From contig MU058205.1 of NCBI GenBank assembly GCA_013265495.1, positions 322,312 to 386,311 of the forward strand: 64,000 nucleotides of DNA. Reading direction: 5' to 3'. The DNA is from Vicugna vicugna (Eukaryota). The position numbers and the translations under genes are program-made. This document shows positions 12,824 to 26,537 of the stretch, in pieces. The notes under the pieces were generated by a model, which searched no databases, had not been told where the DNA came from, and worked only from the letters and a program-made list of their open reading frames with translations. Each line of letters opens with the position of its first letter. Within the stretch, counting starts at the first letter, position 1.

Positions 12824-14679
12824 AATTACATTAGTTGATTTTCAAATATTGAGCTGGCCTTGCATACCTGGAATAAATCCAGTCATGGGGTATAATTCTA
12901 CTTGTGCATTGTTGGATTCAATTTGCTAGTAATTTGTTGAGGATTTTGCATCTGCGTTCATGAGAAATATTCACCTAAAGTTTTCCTTTCTCGTGATGTC
13001 TTTCTCTGATTTGGGTATTGGAGTAACGCTGGCCTCGTGGAGTAAGTGTTCCCTCTGTTTCTATTTTCTGAATGATTGAAACAAACAATACAATAGTGTC
13101 CTCCTTTATTGTTTGGTAAAATCCACCACTAAACCCAACCTGATTCTTTGTGTTTTAGAAAATTATTAATTATTGATTCAATTTTTAAATAGATATGGAT
13201 CTGTTCAGGTTACATATTTCCCCTTGTGTGAGTTTTGTGTGCATTTTAGTAGGTTGTGACTTTCAAGGAGTTAGTCCATTTCATCTAGGTTACCAGATTT
13301 GTGGGCATATATTTGTTCATAATATGCCTTTATTACCCTTTTAATGTCAGTGGGAGTAGCAGTGGTGGCCCCTGTTTCATTTCTGATACTATTAATTTGT
13401 GTCTTCTCTCTTTTTTTCTTAGGTATCCGAGCTAGAGAGTTACCAATTTTTTGATCTTCTCAAAGGACCAACTTCGATTTCATCGGTTTTCACTATTGTC
13501 CTAAATTTTATTTATTTCTACTCTAGTTTTTCTTATTTCTTTTCTTCTGCTTGCCTTGGACTTAATTTGGTCTTATTTTTCTAGTTTCCCAAAGTAGAAG
13601 CTTAGATGATTGATTTTAGATCTTTCTTCTTTTCTAATATGTGCATTCAATGCTATAAGTTTCCCTGTGAGCAGTGTTTTCACTGCATTTCGCACATTTT
13701 GATAGGTTGTATTTTTGTTTTCACTTAGTTCAAACTATTTTTAAATTTCTTCCTAGAATGTTTTTTGACTCCTGTGTTATTTAGAAGTGTACTGTTACAT
13801 CTCCGAGTATTTTGGGCCTTTCCCATTATCTTTCTGTTATGATTTCTAGTTTGATTCTATTGTTATCTGAGAGCAAATTTTGTATGATTTCTATTCTTTT
13901 AAATATGTTAAGGTGTGTTTTATGATCCAGAATATGGTTTACCTTGGGAAATGTTCTGTGTGCCCTTGCAAAGGATGTGTATTCCGCTACTGTTGGCTGA
14001 AGTAGCCTATAAATGTCAATTAGATCCAGTTGATTGATGGTGGTGTTCAGTTCAGCTGTACCCCACCGGCTTCCTGCCTGCTGGATCTGTTCATTTTTGA
14101 GAGAGGGGTGTTGAAGCCTCCAACTATAATACTAGATTTGTGTATATTGCCTTGTTTTCTATTGGTTTTTGTCTCGTGTATTTTGAAGATCTGTTGCTGG
14201 GTGTGTACACATTAGGAACTGTTATGTCTTCTTGGAGAATTGACCTCTTTGCCATTAGCTAACATTTCTCTTTATCTCTGAAAAGTTATTTCTTTGCTCT
14301 GATTTCTGCTGTGTTCGAAGTTAATGTAGCTACTCCAACTTTCTTCTGGTTATTGTTAGCATGATGTATCTTTCCGCATGCACTTACTTTCAATCTGTCT
14401 GTGTTTATATTTAAAGTAGATTTCTTGTGGACAACATGTGATTGGGTCTTGGACTTGGTTTCTAGTTTGTTTGCTTTTTCACCTACACTGCAATAGGTGA
14501 CATATCAGTTACTTGACATTTAAAGTGATTGTTGACATAGTTGGATTAATATCTGCCTATGTTACTGTGTCCTAGTCATTGCTTTTGTTCTTTGTTTCTT
14601 TTCTTTCTTTTTTTCCCCTTTCTGGTTTTAACTGAGCATTTTATGTGATTCCATTTTCTTTCCTCTCTTAGCAAATCAA

Positions 14680-15120
14680 TGTTGATGGTTAAATTTTATG
14701 TGTCAAGTTGACTGGGCCACATGGTGTCCAGATATTTGGTGAAAGATGATTCTGGGTGTGTTTGTGGGAGTGTTTCTGGATGAAATTAACATTTAGATAG
14801 TAGAATGAGTAAAACAGATTGCCTTCTTCAGCGTGGGCAGGATTCATTCAACCTGTTGGAAGCCTGAGTAGAACCAAAGATTGAGCAAGAGAGAAGCCAC
14901 TCTCTCTACTTGATGGTCTTGAGTTGGGACACTGGCCTTCTGCATTTGGATCAGTTGGAACTTGTATCATTGGCTCTCCGGGTCTCCAGATTGCAGATCT
15001 TGGGACTTCTCCATCTTGCATGAGCCAATTCCTTATTTACACACAGACACATTCACGCATATGCACACACACATGCACACGCACACACACATATCCTAAT
15101 GGAGAACTCTGACTAATACA
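14680..15120 (+). mobile_element. MLT2-type solo LTR nested in L1
   Basis: tgttgatggttaaattttatgtgtcaagttgactggg 5' end, internal CA-rich tract, ggagaactctgactaataca 3' end. Confidence 0.9.
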
Positions 15121-16274
15121 TCAATTATAGTCCTTTTTAAAATCTTTATTAGTGATTTCCCTAGCGGTTGCATCATACATGTACAACTAGTCCAAGTCTA
15201 CTTTCAAATAACACTACACCACTTCACATGTAACACAGACACCCTAGAACAGAATACCCTCAATTTCTCTCTCCCATTCCTTATCCCACTGCTGTCATTC
15301 ATTTCAATTATCCATAACCTATAATTACCAAACACATTGTTCTTCTTATTATTCTGAACAAACTATTTCTGTTAGAATATTCAACACTGTGTGTGACAAG
15401 CTGAAAAATGAACAACTTGGTATGAAGGGTTTCTGTCAGCAATGACAGTGTGTGAGCCAGAAATACTTGCACTAACATGGATAAATCCCAAAGACGGGTA
15501 AGTTCAAAAAGCAAGTTGCATGCCCCACATATAAAAACTAATTCAAAATGAACTACAGATCGAAACATAAGACCTGAAACTATAAAAGTCCCAGAAGAAA
15601 ACGGGGGGAAAGCTTCATGACCCTGGATTTGTCAAGGATTTCTTGGATATGACACTGAAAAAAAACAAAGGCAACAAAAGCAAAAATAGACAAATGGGAC
15701 CAACATCAAACTTAAAAATATTTGCAAACCATATATCTAATAAGGGGTTAATATCTAGAATATAAAAAGAGCTCCCACATTTAGTAACAGCAAAAAATAA
15801 CCAAATAACCCAATTTAAAAATGGGCAAAGGACTTGAATAGACATTTCTCCAAAGAAGACATACACATGAAAATGTGCTCAGTGTCACTGATCGGGGCAA
15901 TGCAAACCAAAACCACAATGAGACATCACCTTGCACCCATCAGGATGGCCACTGTTAGACAAAAATAAAAATATAAAACAACAGGTGTCGGTGAGGATAA
16001 GGAGAAATTGTAACCCTTGTGCCCTGTTGGTGGGAACATAAAATGATACAGCCACTATGGAAAACAGTAAAGAGTTTCCTTAAAAAACTAAAAAATAGAA
16101 TTATCATATGACCCAACAACCCTACTTTTGGGTATACGCCCAAAAGAATTGAAACCAGGATGCACACCTTACAGCAGCATCATTTACAATAGCCAAGATG
16201 TGGAGGCAACCTAAATGTCCATCGATGGATAAAAGGATAAACAAAATGTGGTCTACCCATGCAACAGGATATTA

Positions 16275-17500
16275 AGTTTGGTGCAGCCATGATGGAAAAC
16301 AGTATGGAGACTCCTCAAAAAACTAAAAATAGACTTACTATGTGATCCAGAAATCCCACTCCTGTGCATGTATATGGAGGGAACTCTAATTCAAAAAGAC
16401 ACATGCACTCCAATGATAGCAGCACTATATACAATAGCCAAGACATGGAAGCAACTTAAATGTCCATCGACAGATGACTGGATAAAGAAATTGTGGTATG
16501 CCTATATAATGGAATATTACTCAGACATAAAAAATAATAAAATAATGCCATTTGCAGCAACATGGATGGACCTAGAGATCATCATTCTAAGTGAAGAAGC
16601 CAGAAGGAGAAATAAAAATACCATATATCACTTATATGTGGAATATTAAAAAGAAAGACAAGTGAACTTATTTATGAAACAGAAACAGACTCACAGACAT
16701 GGTAAACAATCTTGTGGTTACTGGGGGGAAAAGGGGTGGGAAGGGATGAATTTGGGCGTTTGAGGTTTACAAATGTTAGCCACGATATATAAAAATAGAT
16801 AAAAAACAAATTTCTTTTGCATAGTACAGGGAACTATATTCAATATCTTGTAATAACCTTTAATGAAAAAGAATATGAAAATGAATATGTGTATATATAC
16901 ATATGTATGACTGAAACATTATGCTATACACCAGAAATTGACACATTGTAACTGACTGTACTTCAATTTAAAAAAAAAAAAAGGAACGACAGATGACTGG
17001 ATAAAGAAATTGTGGTATGCCTATATAATGGAATATTACTCAGACATAAAAAATAATAAAATAATGCCATTTGCAGCAACATGGATGGACCTAGAGATCA
17101 TCATTCTAAGTGAAGAAGCCAGAAGGAGAAATAAAAATACCATATATCACTTATATGTGGAATATTAAAAAGAAAGACAAGTGAACTTATTTATGAAACA
17201 GAAACAGACTCACAGACATGGTAAACAATCTTGTGGTTACTGGGGGGAAAAGGGGTGGGAAGGGATAAATTTGGGCGTTTGAGATTTGCAAATGTTAACC
17301 ATGATATATAAAAATAGATAAAAAACAAATTTCTTTTGCATAGTACAAGGAACTATATTCAATATCTTGTAATAACCTTTAATGAAAAGGAATATGAAAA
17401 TGAATATGTGTATATATAAATATGTATGACTGAAACATTATGCTATACACCAGAAATTGACACATTGTAACTGACTGTACTTCAATTTAAAAAAAAAAAA
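16275..17500 (+). mobile_element. Young 5'-truncated L1 with poly(A); its last 519 bp are present twice
   Basis: ORF2 C-terminal remnant (KDTCTPM...IAKTWKQLKCPSTDDWIKKLW...MPFAATWMDLE) and poly(A) at ~16970 and ~17489. Confidence 0.9.
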
Positions 17501-17505
17501 AGGAA
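16468..17505 (+). repeat. Tandem duplication, 2 x 519 bp (16468-16986 / 16987-17505)
   Basis: Manual alignment; about 8 substitutions, clustered centrally. Confidence 0.95.
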
Positions 17506-18739
17506 GGAGAGTCTGACATGTTCCACAACACAGATGAACCTTGAGGACATCATGCTCAGTGAAATAAGTCAGTCACAAAAAGACAAGTAGTCGATGGTTC
17601 CATTGATGTATCTATTCATAGAATGTTGAAAGGTGGCTGCCAGGAGTTGGAAGAGGAGGAGGTGGGGAGTTGCTAGGTGGGTATAGAGTTTCAGTCATTC
17701 AGGATGAGGGGATTCTGGGGATCTGTCATCCAACGATGTGCATGTGGTTGGTAACATTGTACTGTATTCTTGGCAATTGTTGGGAGGATAAATTTTATGT
17801 TGTGTTTTTTGGCCACAGGTATTCTTAAAAAGCAAGTTGCAGTGCATGTACAGTAGAAAATCACTGAAAAAAATCGTAGAAGTGCAGTTGTTTTTATAGA
17901 TGCACACACATGCCATAAAGATATTAAAGCAAGCATGGAAAAGATAAACATAAACTGATGGTAGCAATGAGCTCTGGGAAGAGAATTATAGCCTATGGTT
18001 TCTAGTGGAGCAAGAGCATTTTATTTCTGTTTCTTAAGATCGGGAGTGAACTAAGCAAAATTAGTGGAGTTGTTTTTAAAATTGCTCTATCTTTTGTTTG
18101 AGAAAATCTAGCCCCTCCTTCCTGTTCTTTTTCTCCAGAATTGCCGGTCTGGAGCCCTGACAATCCTGCCGGCTTCCCCACCATGAGCAGTGGCCTTTCT
18201 GGGCAGGCTGGGCTGGTTTCCTTCTGCCCCTGTCAGTGTGATCGCCAGCTGGCATGCACTTGTGATTATTGGAGCTGGTTTCTGGGTTTATTTATGCCAT
18301 GAGCAAAAACAATTATTCCTTCTTGAGAAACACATCACGGCTCTGGAATGTCTTGGGGAGAGCATGTCTTGGGAAGAGCGAGATGGAGAATAAGCCTCTT
18401 GGGAGCCAAGACCAAGCACACAGGGCCCTGCTCACCTGGGCAGCCCCTGGGCACCAGCCTTCACCAGCGGAAGACACACCAAGGAATACTCCATCCCTGG
18501 GGCACTCTTTTTCCTGCAGAGCCAAGTTGGAGCTGGATAACCCTTTGTCAGAGTCCAAATAAATCCCAGATACACATCCAACCTGTCCACCTCTGTTTCC
18601 CCAAGGACCCCTTGGTTGTTAGTTGCGGTTACTCCAGGGCAAGCCCAGGATCGGGGTATCACTGAGAAAGAGTCGCCTCCAGTGCCAGGACCAGCCCCTG
18701 ACGTTCCGTTCTCCTCAGTGCTCCTCTATGACTTAATTT

Positions 18740-19060
18740 CGCATGCCTGTGTGAACGTGGTGAGGCCTCCGGGAAAATCCCAAAGGACGGGGTTTCTACA
18801 AATTAATCAAACTCGAGGAGTGGTTCATTGGAACCTCCAATTGGTAGCCCGTTGGTCTGAAGCCCGGGTGACAACCTGGAGTTGTGACTGGTGTCTGAAG
18901 AGGGTGGGTGCAGTCTTCTAAGACTGAGCCCTCAGCCTGCGGGATCTGATGCCACCTCCGTAGACAGCGTCAGAGCCGAGCTGACCTGGAGGGCACCCAG
19001 CTGCTGTGGGAGAACTGCTGGGGATGTGGGCAAACTCCCGCAACACACACTGAAACTGGG
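18740..19060 (+). mobile_element. MER21-like LTR fragment
   Basis: caaattaatcaaac, gtgacaacctgga, gactgagccctcagcctgcgggatctga, gacagcgtcaga. Confidence 0.7.
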
Positions 19061-21363
19061 CACAGAAACGATGTCGCTCAGTCAAACTTTAAAAACAAAC
19101 ATTGTGCTATACTGTTTATATGTTGAAATGCCCATAAATAATATACTGAAAATGCTAAAAAATCGAGGACAAAGTGACACAAATTCATAACAAGTTGCCT
19201 TTGGGGAGATGGAGGGGGGAGGAGAACAATGAAGGAATTAATTAAAGGGTTAACAGGGCCTTGAGCTTTGTGTGCACAGATTTATCCCGGAGGGATAGGA
19301 AGCAAATGGAACAGATCCTTAACATCAGTCACTCTGAGGGGTGAGTACCTCAGCATTTGTCATTTATTCTTTGTACAGTCCTTTGTTTAATTTTTTTTTT
19401 CCAAATGGCAGATCAGGGAGAATGCCTCCCACTGCAGATGGCTTGGTTCCCTGAACACTTCCTTACACAACTTTATGCTCCTCAGGCAGGACAGGTGGAA
19501 CACCATCCTGCTTGTGTCACAGGTGAGGGAAAGGGCTTGCGGAAGCGGATGACTCAGCCAAGTCTGTGGCAGGTAAACTTAAGATGACTGGAGCTGGCCT
19601 CCCTGACTCCAGGTTGAGAGCTCCTGGCTCTGCCTCACTTGTCCCTGAGGTCCAGGGGTCACCTTGGCCTCCTGGAGGAAGATGCTGCAGATTTTAGGGG
19701 AGGCCAGACAGAGGGACGCCCACATCTCCCATGGGCTTTCGTGCCCAGCAGGGAGGGATCCCAGAGCTGGGCCATCCATGGGCTTTTGATGAATCCACTC
19801 ACTCACTCAACAGTCGTCTAGCAAACTTGCATTGTGATCCAAGCCCCTGCTAGGCACTAGAGATATAACCCATAAGCCAAACAGATGGACAGAATCCCCT
19901 TACCTTCTAGGGGTAAACGTGGGATGCTCTCGCACTCTCTGTGGGGGAAGACAGAGACTCCTCCCTGGTGGGGAGTCCTCACCCCTCTCTAGAGCGTGAT
20001 TCCTCCTCGGTTCTTGGACCAGGCCCTCCTGCAGAGCATGCCTGGGCAGCTCAAGCCGCCCCCCTCCCCGCCCCGCCCCAGTGGGGAGGCACTGAGCACT
20101 CCAGAGGGTCCCACGCTGCTCATGCATCTTCTTGGTATCTTCCCCTGGGCGTCTGGGCGGGGCTTCCTCCTGTCACCGCCACAGTTTTAGTCTCTCCATT
20201 TACTCTGCTCCCCATTTGTAAGATTTGCTTTAAAAGCTTGCATAATTAATATCCAAAATCAATTCCTGACATTCCCCAGCATCCTGTGCCCTGAACTGCT
20301 TCCCCTTCCCTTCTCCCTCTTGGTAAAGGTGACTGTGCAGCCACCCTGCACTCCCGTCTGTTCCACGGCTGCATCCATCCTTCCTTAAGTGCCATTGGCT
20401 CTCCCTTGTAGAGGAGGCTCACCCTGACCACCCCTTTTCCATGTCAACCGCTCCCCACCAACCCCAGATCCTCCTCATCTTGCTCTGTTTTCATCCAAAG
20501 CACAGTGCCTTCTAATGCAACACTTGATTATGTTTGCTGTTTGTCTGCCCCACCTCCCACCTCAGAGTAAGCTCCATGGAGCCGGAGTTGTATCTATTTT
20601 GCTCCAAGTGTGTGGCCATAGAGGTCTGGGCAGCAGGTGGATGGTGCCGGGACAGACAGGCCCAGGTGTGTAGAAATGAAGGGCTCCTTGAGAGCCTCAC
20701 GTGTCCTTTGAGCAAGTTGGATCAAGATGCAGAGCACCCGCGGGGTAAGGTGTCTGCTGGGAACAACAGCCCCTGGGAGCCTGCAGAGGAAAAGCCGGGC
20801 TTGTCCCCATTACCAAGACTGACTCTGCCAGGCTCTCAGGTCTCAGGCTGATGGTGCTATTCCCGCAGCACTGAGGACAATTCAGGCCCGTTTATCTCAA
20901 GGTAGCAGGTGATGAAGCCAATGCAAGTAAGGCTTTTAGGATGAAAACTGCCTCTTTTAAAAAACCTCACTCCACAGCTCACGCAGAATGCGGGGTATAC
21001 ACTGAGCACAATCTCTTGGGGGCGGGGGTCACTGAAGAAACCAGCTCTTAAATGCAATTCAATACCAGTATTTATGGTGCCCCCACTGTGTACAAGGCTG
21101 TCTTTGCGGCTGTGGGCAGGAGTTATTACATGTCACAAGAGCACTGACAGCCCTTCCGGAGGGGAGGGGGAAAGAGGCCTCAATCCATTTAACATGCAAA
21201 TGGGATCAGTACTCCTCTCCAGGCAAAGCTCCATGGCTCGCGTTTTGTTACGGAGTCTTCTTTCCAGTGAATGGAGCATCCCAAGGGAAAAACCCATTTT
21301 CTGTCTGCATTGTTGATTTTTCATGGTCTCCCCACCCCCACCAGCTCCTTCTTTGCGAGACTG

Positions 21364-21523
21364 TTTTTTTCAAATTGAAATCTAGTCGATCTACTATGTT
21401 GTGTTAATTTCTGGTATAACGCACAGTGATTCATTTATATGTGTGTGTGTGTGTGTGTATTCCTTTTCATATTCTTTTTCATTATAGGCCATTACAAGGT
21501 ATTGAATATAGTTCCCTGTGCTG
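21364..21523 (-). mobile_element. Short L1 3' end fragment with internal (TG)n
   Basis: Reverse complement of the L1 tail seen at 16820-16980 and 23050-23200. Confidence 0.85.
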
Positions 21524-22289
21524 CAGGACTCACTTGTCATAGCTGGTTCCCACCCCAACTCCAGTCCCATCCACAGGATTTCACATGATTCACCTCCAAG
21601 CCTCATTTCATCTTATAGTCACTGTTTTCTGCCTTTTCTATCAGCAGATGTGGCCGAAGCAGCCGTTTCTCAGGTCGGATCACCCAGGAAGGATCTCTGA
21701 CATCCAAAGAGCTATTTGTTTTCTTCAACACTGCACATGTGGGGTTCACACTAAGCCCTTGTATTTTATGCATTAAGTTTAGACTTAAAAATTCTGATGT
21801 CAGCTCAGGCAGTAGGTCTGACACCATATGACTCTCTTATTTCCCACCTGGGAGTTGGCGCTCCACATGCAGTCACCAGGTGAGGATCTGCGTCTTCTCT
21901 GCAAGCCATCTCTGTGCGCTGCACTGACACCCTTAGCATATTGGGATGGTGAGAACAGGTGGTCCTTCTGGGGAAGTCACAAGGGGGTTTCTGGTGTCCT
22001 GTCCTGAGTCATAAATGCTGAGTTACCTGTGCGTCATGGAGTGGCCTTACCCTTAGCTGAGCCATCCTGACTCCTTAATTCCTGACTGGCTGGGCACCAT
22101 CCAAGTCCACTCTCTCACCCTCCTGGAGGGGCTTCCAACTCCCTAGGACAATGCAGGAATTCCTCCCGACTTAAACTAGACAGATGGGACTGTTGGGACA
22201 GAGGGGAAAAGTCTATGAATTCCAGAGTCAAATCATTTAATAATTGTTCCTAAAAGCAATGGACAATATTTCATTTGAAAAGGACCTTG

Positions 22290-23223
22290 AGGAGACCTAA
22301 ATAGCCATCTTTCCTAAAAAGGTATCCAGATGGTCAACAGGTGCATGAAAAGATGCTCAACATCACTAATTATTAGAGAAATGCAAATCAAAACTGCAAT
22401 GAGGTATCACCTCACACCCGTCAGAATGGCCATCATCAAAAAGTCTATGAAAAAATGCTGGAGAAGGTGTGGAGAAAATGGAACCCTTCTACACTGTTGG
22501 TGGGAATGTAAATTTGTGCAGCCACTATGGAGGAGATTATGGAGGGTCCTTTAAAAACTAAAAATAGACTTACCATATGATTTAGCAATCCTACTCCTGG
22601 GTGTATATCCAGAAAACACTAATTTGAAAAGACACATACACCCTAGTGTTCACTATTTACAATAACCAAGACATGGAAACAACCTAAATGGCCATTGGCA
22701 GATGACTGGATAAAGAAGATGTAGTGTATATATACAAAGGAATATTACTCAGCCATAAAAAAGAATGAAATAATGCCATTTGCAGCAACATGGATGGATC
22801 TGGAGATGGTCATTCTAACTGAAGCAAGCCAGAAAGAGAAAGAAAAATACCATATATCACTTATACATGGAATATTAAAAAGAAAGACAAATGAACTTAT
22901 TTATGAAATAGAAAGACTCACAGATATAGAAAACAAACTTATGGTTACCAGGGTGTAAAAGGGGTGGGAAGGGATAAATTGGGAGATTGAGATTTGCAGA
23001 TAATAACTACTATCAATAAAATAGATAAACAACAAGTTTATACTGTTTATGCAGGGATCTATATTCAATATCTTATAGTAGCCTGTAATGAAAAAGAATA
23101 TGAAAAGGAATATATGTATGGAACATATATGACTGAAAGATTCTGCTGTACACCAGAAATTGACACAACATTGTAAACTGACTATACCCCAGTTTTAAAA
23201 AGGTTAAAAAAATAAAAATAAAA
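22290..23223 (+). mobile_element. 5'-truncated L1 (ORF2 C-terminus, 3'UTR, A-rich tail)
   Basis: ORF track [33 protein letters not shown] and MPFAATWMDLE are L1 ORF2-end hallmarks. Confidence 0.92.
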
Positions 23224-24544
23224 GGGACACTGCAAAAATTGGCAATGTGTTTTTCCAGTTTGAGATTTTTGGTTTCAGCCTGGATATTATTTGAAAATCT
23301 CTAATGCATCATTTATTATATTTAGATCTTAAAAAAAAAACTTTGCACATAAAACTAAGAGAAAGCATCCAGGTAGGAGGGTGTGAAGGGGCAGTTGTGG
23401 GAGTAAATCACCTCTGACCTGCCTCCCCTTTTAAAGTACCTCATATCGCTTAAAAACCAAAACTAAGCAAGACAGTGGCTCGTTTGTAGGCCTCTGGAAC
23501 TGCCCAGCGCTGCGTCCCTGGTCTTTGCTCACACAGAAGCAGACTGCCCATCAGGGTGGGTGCAGCCATGGATGCCTGCTGGACGCTGCGGGGCTGGAGG
23601 CAGGAAGCCCTGAGCGGCACTGCTCAGACCCACAGGAACCTGAGCTAAGACCTGCCATCCAGCCCACCCGTGCCTCTGGCTCCCCTGCAGCTCCTTCTTC
23701 TCTAAGCTTTACCTCCCCACCACCTCCCTGCCTCGGCCCTGCAAACAGAGATGCGGGTTCCCTTCAAATGAACATCACTTCCCTGCATCTCCGCCCACAT
23801 CCCAAGACACGCATCCATGCGGACAGATGCAGCTGGGGGCTCATCCATCATGCACATGGGACGCGTGTCAAGTGTGGGGTCACAGGCCTGGGCTGAGCCT
23901 GCCAACGTCTGGCCCGCTGCGTTTAAGAGCGAGGGCACCAGAGAGGAGCGCAGGGGAGGCTCCTCTCCCTTCAAGGAGATCCAGTGTCCCAATGCCCCGG
24001 GACTTCAGGGACAGAGAGGGTGGGCAGCAGGGGTGGGCGTGAAGAAAGATAATAATCTGCTTCACAAAAATGTCCAAGGGGCTTTATATAAACAGCTAAT
24101 CTGCTGCATTTTCAGTGCAGTTTAATCTACTGAAACTTCATTTATACACAACTTTTCTGGAATACATTTATTAATAGGAGGCGTAACTGTATATATACGC
24201 AAATAATTCCTAAATGAAAGCAATTAATCATGGGCTTTGTGATCCTTACAAGGAATCTGTAGGCTTGATTTTGCAGAGAATGTGGGAATTCTGGGGGCCA
24301 GAACCACTGAGAGAATGGGGCTTTTGCAAGAACCCTGCTCCCTGGGGCCTTACAGGAAGCCCGGCCTGTCATTCAGTGACCTCACCAGTCAGGTAAGTGA
24401 GCATATCTGAGTCCCCTGAACCTCTTTCTAAGAACATTTTAAAATTATGTTTTGTCAAAGTAATACATATTCATTAATTCATTGATAACTGGAAAATAGA
24501 GAAAAACACAAGAAAATCAATTCCATTATTCTAAGGTAACCATG

Positions 24545-24665
24545 AGTAATATATCATATATATATATTTAATATATGTGATATTTATTTAATATGTTAAG
24601 TGATACATTTAATTAATTGATATATTTAATTAATATTAATATATCTAATATACATATTTAAAGAC
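24545..24665. repeat. AT-rich low-complexity tract
   Basis: Direct reading. Confidence 0.8.
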
Positions 24666-24668
24666 ATG

Positions 24669-24877
24669 CACTGTCGCCCCTCAGTATCCAGGGAAGACTG
24701 GTTCCAGGATCCGCCTTGGATACCAAAATCCACAGATGCTCAGGTCCCACAGGCAGCCCTCCATACCCTCAGCTGCAAATTCTCAAATTCAGCCAACCTT
24801 GATTCATATAGCACTGTATGTATTTACTGAAAAAAAAATGTGTAAGTTGACCCATGTTGTTCAAGAGTCAACTGTAT
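24669..24877. mobile_element. MER2-like TcMar-Tigger DNA transposon
   Basis: ccctcagtatcc...ggttccaggatc...ggataccaaaatccacagatgctca and terminal tgttgttcaagagtcaactgta. Confidence 0.75.
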
Positions 24878-25007
24878 ATACATATTTTAAGGTTATTTTT
24901 TGTCTGATAATATAGCATAATTCTTATTGGATATCACTGATCATTTTTCTATAATGACATCTGTAATATTTATGGCACCTTCACTCCGTCACTTAAGAGC
25001 TATATCA

Positions 25008-25420
25008 CTGTATGCATTGGAGTCGTAGGGCTGCTGTAACAGATTACTACAAACTGGGTGTCTTAGAACACAGAAATTATTCTCTCAGCCATGGAAATCG
25101 GGTTCAAGGTGCCAGCAGGGCTGCGCTCCCTCCGCAGGCTCCAGGGGAGGGTACTCCCTTGCTTCTTCCGGCTTCTGTGGCTCCGGGCACTTCTTGGCTC
25201 TTGGCTGCATCACTCCAAACTGCGTCTCCATCTTTCCCTTCTCTTCCTCTATTATAAGGAAAATTGTCATTGGATTTAGGGCTTATCTTGGTAATCCAGG
25301 ATAATCTCATCTCAAAATCCTTAAATATATCGGAAAAGACTCTATTCCAAATAATGTCTCATTCACAGGTCCCAAGAATTTAGATGTATCTTTTGGGGGC
25401 CACCATTCAACCCACTACAA
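25008..25420 (-). mobile_element. MLT1C-like MaLR solo LTR
   Basis: agggctgctgtaacagattactacaaactgg, taatccaggataatctcatctcaa, gggggccaccattcaacccactaca. Confidence 0.88.
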
Positions 25421-25449
25421 TGACTTTGGGGGAAAAAAATCTAACCAAA

Positions 25450-25585
25450 ATTTCAGTTTTCTCATCCATAAAATGGGAGATTAGTAATCGCTCTCCCAAA
25501 CAGCTGTGAGGATTGAATGAGTTACTCCAGCAGAAGTACTCGCCTGGTATATGCCAAACACTCAGCGATGGTTAACTAGTTGTTA
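25450..25585 (+). mobile_element. MIR fragment
   Basis: tcagttttctcatccataaaatggg, gtgaggattgaatgag. Confidence 0.7.
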
Positions 25586-26537
25586 TTTTATTCTTCTTCC
25601 AGTTTTATTGAGACATAATTGACCTACAGCACTGTATATGTTTCAGGTGTCCAGAGAAATGACTTGACTTACATACATCATGAAATGACTATCACAATAA
25701 GTTAAGTAAACAGCCATCATCTCACAGAGATACAAAATTAAAGAAATAGAAAAAAACTGTTTTCCTTGTGATGAGAGCTCTTAGGATTTACTCTACACAA
25801 TTTTCATATGTAGCACACGACTTGTTAATTTTATTTATGATGCTGTACATTACATCCCCAGTACTTACTTCTCTTATAACTGGAGTTTGCACCTTTTAAT
25901 CACCTTCATCCAACTCCCTCTCCCCTCAAGTCCTGCCTCTGGTGATCACAAATCTGATCTCTTTTTCTATGAGCTTGTTTGTTTCCGAAGTATAATTGAC
26001 CGACAACACCGTCATGGTCCCTGGTACACAACATAGTGATTAGATATTTCTATACATTACAAAATGATCACGATGATAAATCTGGTTACCATCTGTCACC
26101 ATACACAAATATTACATAATTATTGACTATATTCCCCATGCTGTACATGTCATACTTGTGACCCACTTATTTTGTAACTGGAAGTTTGTACCTATTACTC
26201 TCCCTCACCTATTTCTCTCCTCCCTCCACTACCCTCCCCTCTGGAAACCACCTGTTTGCTCTCTGTATCTATGAATCTGTTGCTGTTTTATTATGTTTGT
26301 TCCTTTGTTTTGTTTTTTAGATTCCATGTATAAGGAAAATCTTACAATCTTTGTCTTTCTCTGTCTGATTTACTTCATTTAACATAATACCCTCTCAGTC
26401 CATCCATGTTACCACAAATGGCAAGATGTCTTCCTTTTTATAGCAGGTAATATTCCATTGTGTGCATGTATTGCACATCTTAATCCATTCATCAGTCGGT
26501 GGACATTTAGGTTGATTCCGTGTCTTGGCTATTGTAA

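Larger units (their letters stand above)
12205..15370 (-). mobile_element. Old L1 ORF2-region remnant interrupted by two LTRs
   Basis: T-rich antisense L1 motifs (ttggattcaatttgctag, gtccatttcatctagg, ctataagtttccct, gatccagaatatggt); no intact ORF. Confidence 0.85.
15515..17810 (+). mobile_element. Older L1 ORF2 end/3'UTR interrupted at ~16275-17500 by a younger L1
   Basis: aaaatgggcaaaggacttgaatagacatttctccaaagaagac; the older element resumes after the poly(A) with aaaggaagg...gatgaaccttgaggacat. Confidence 0.85.

Noticed and set aside
22330..23176. Protein-like ORFs (also 16368-16649, 26507-27433, 49894-50172)
   Set aside because: Frameshifted L1 ORF2/3'UTR remnants
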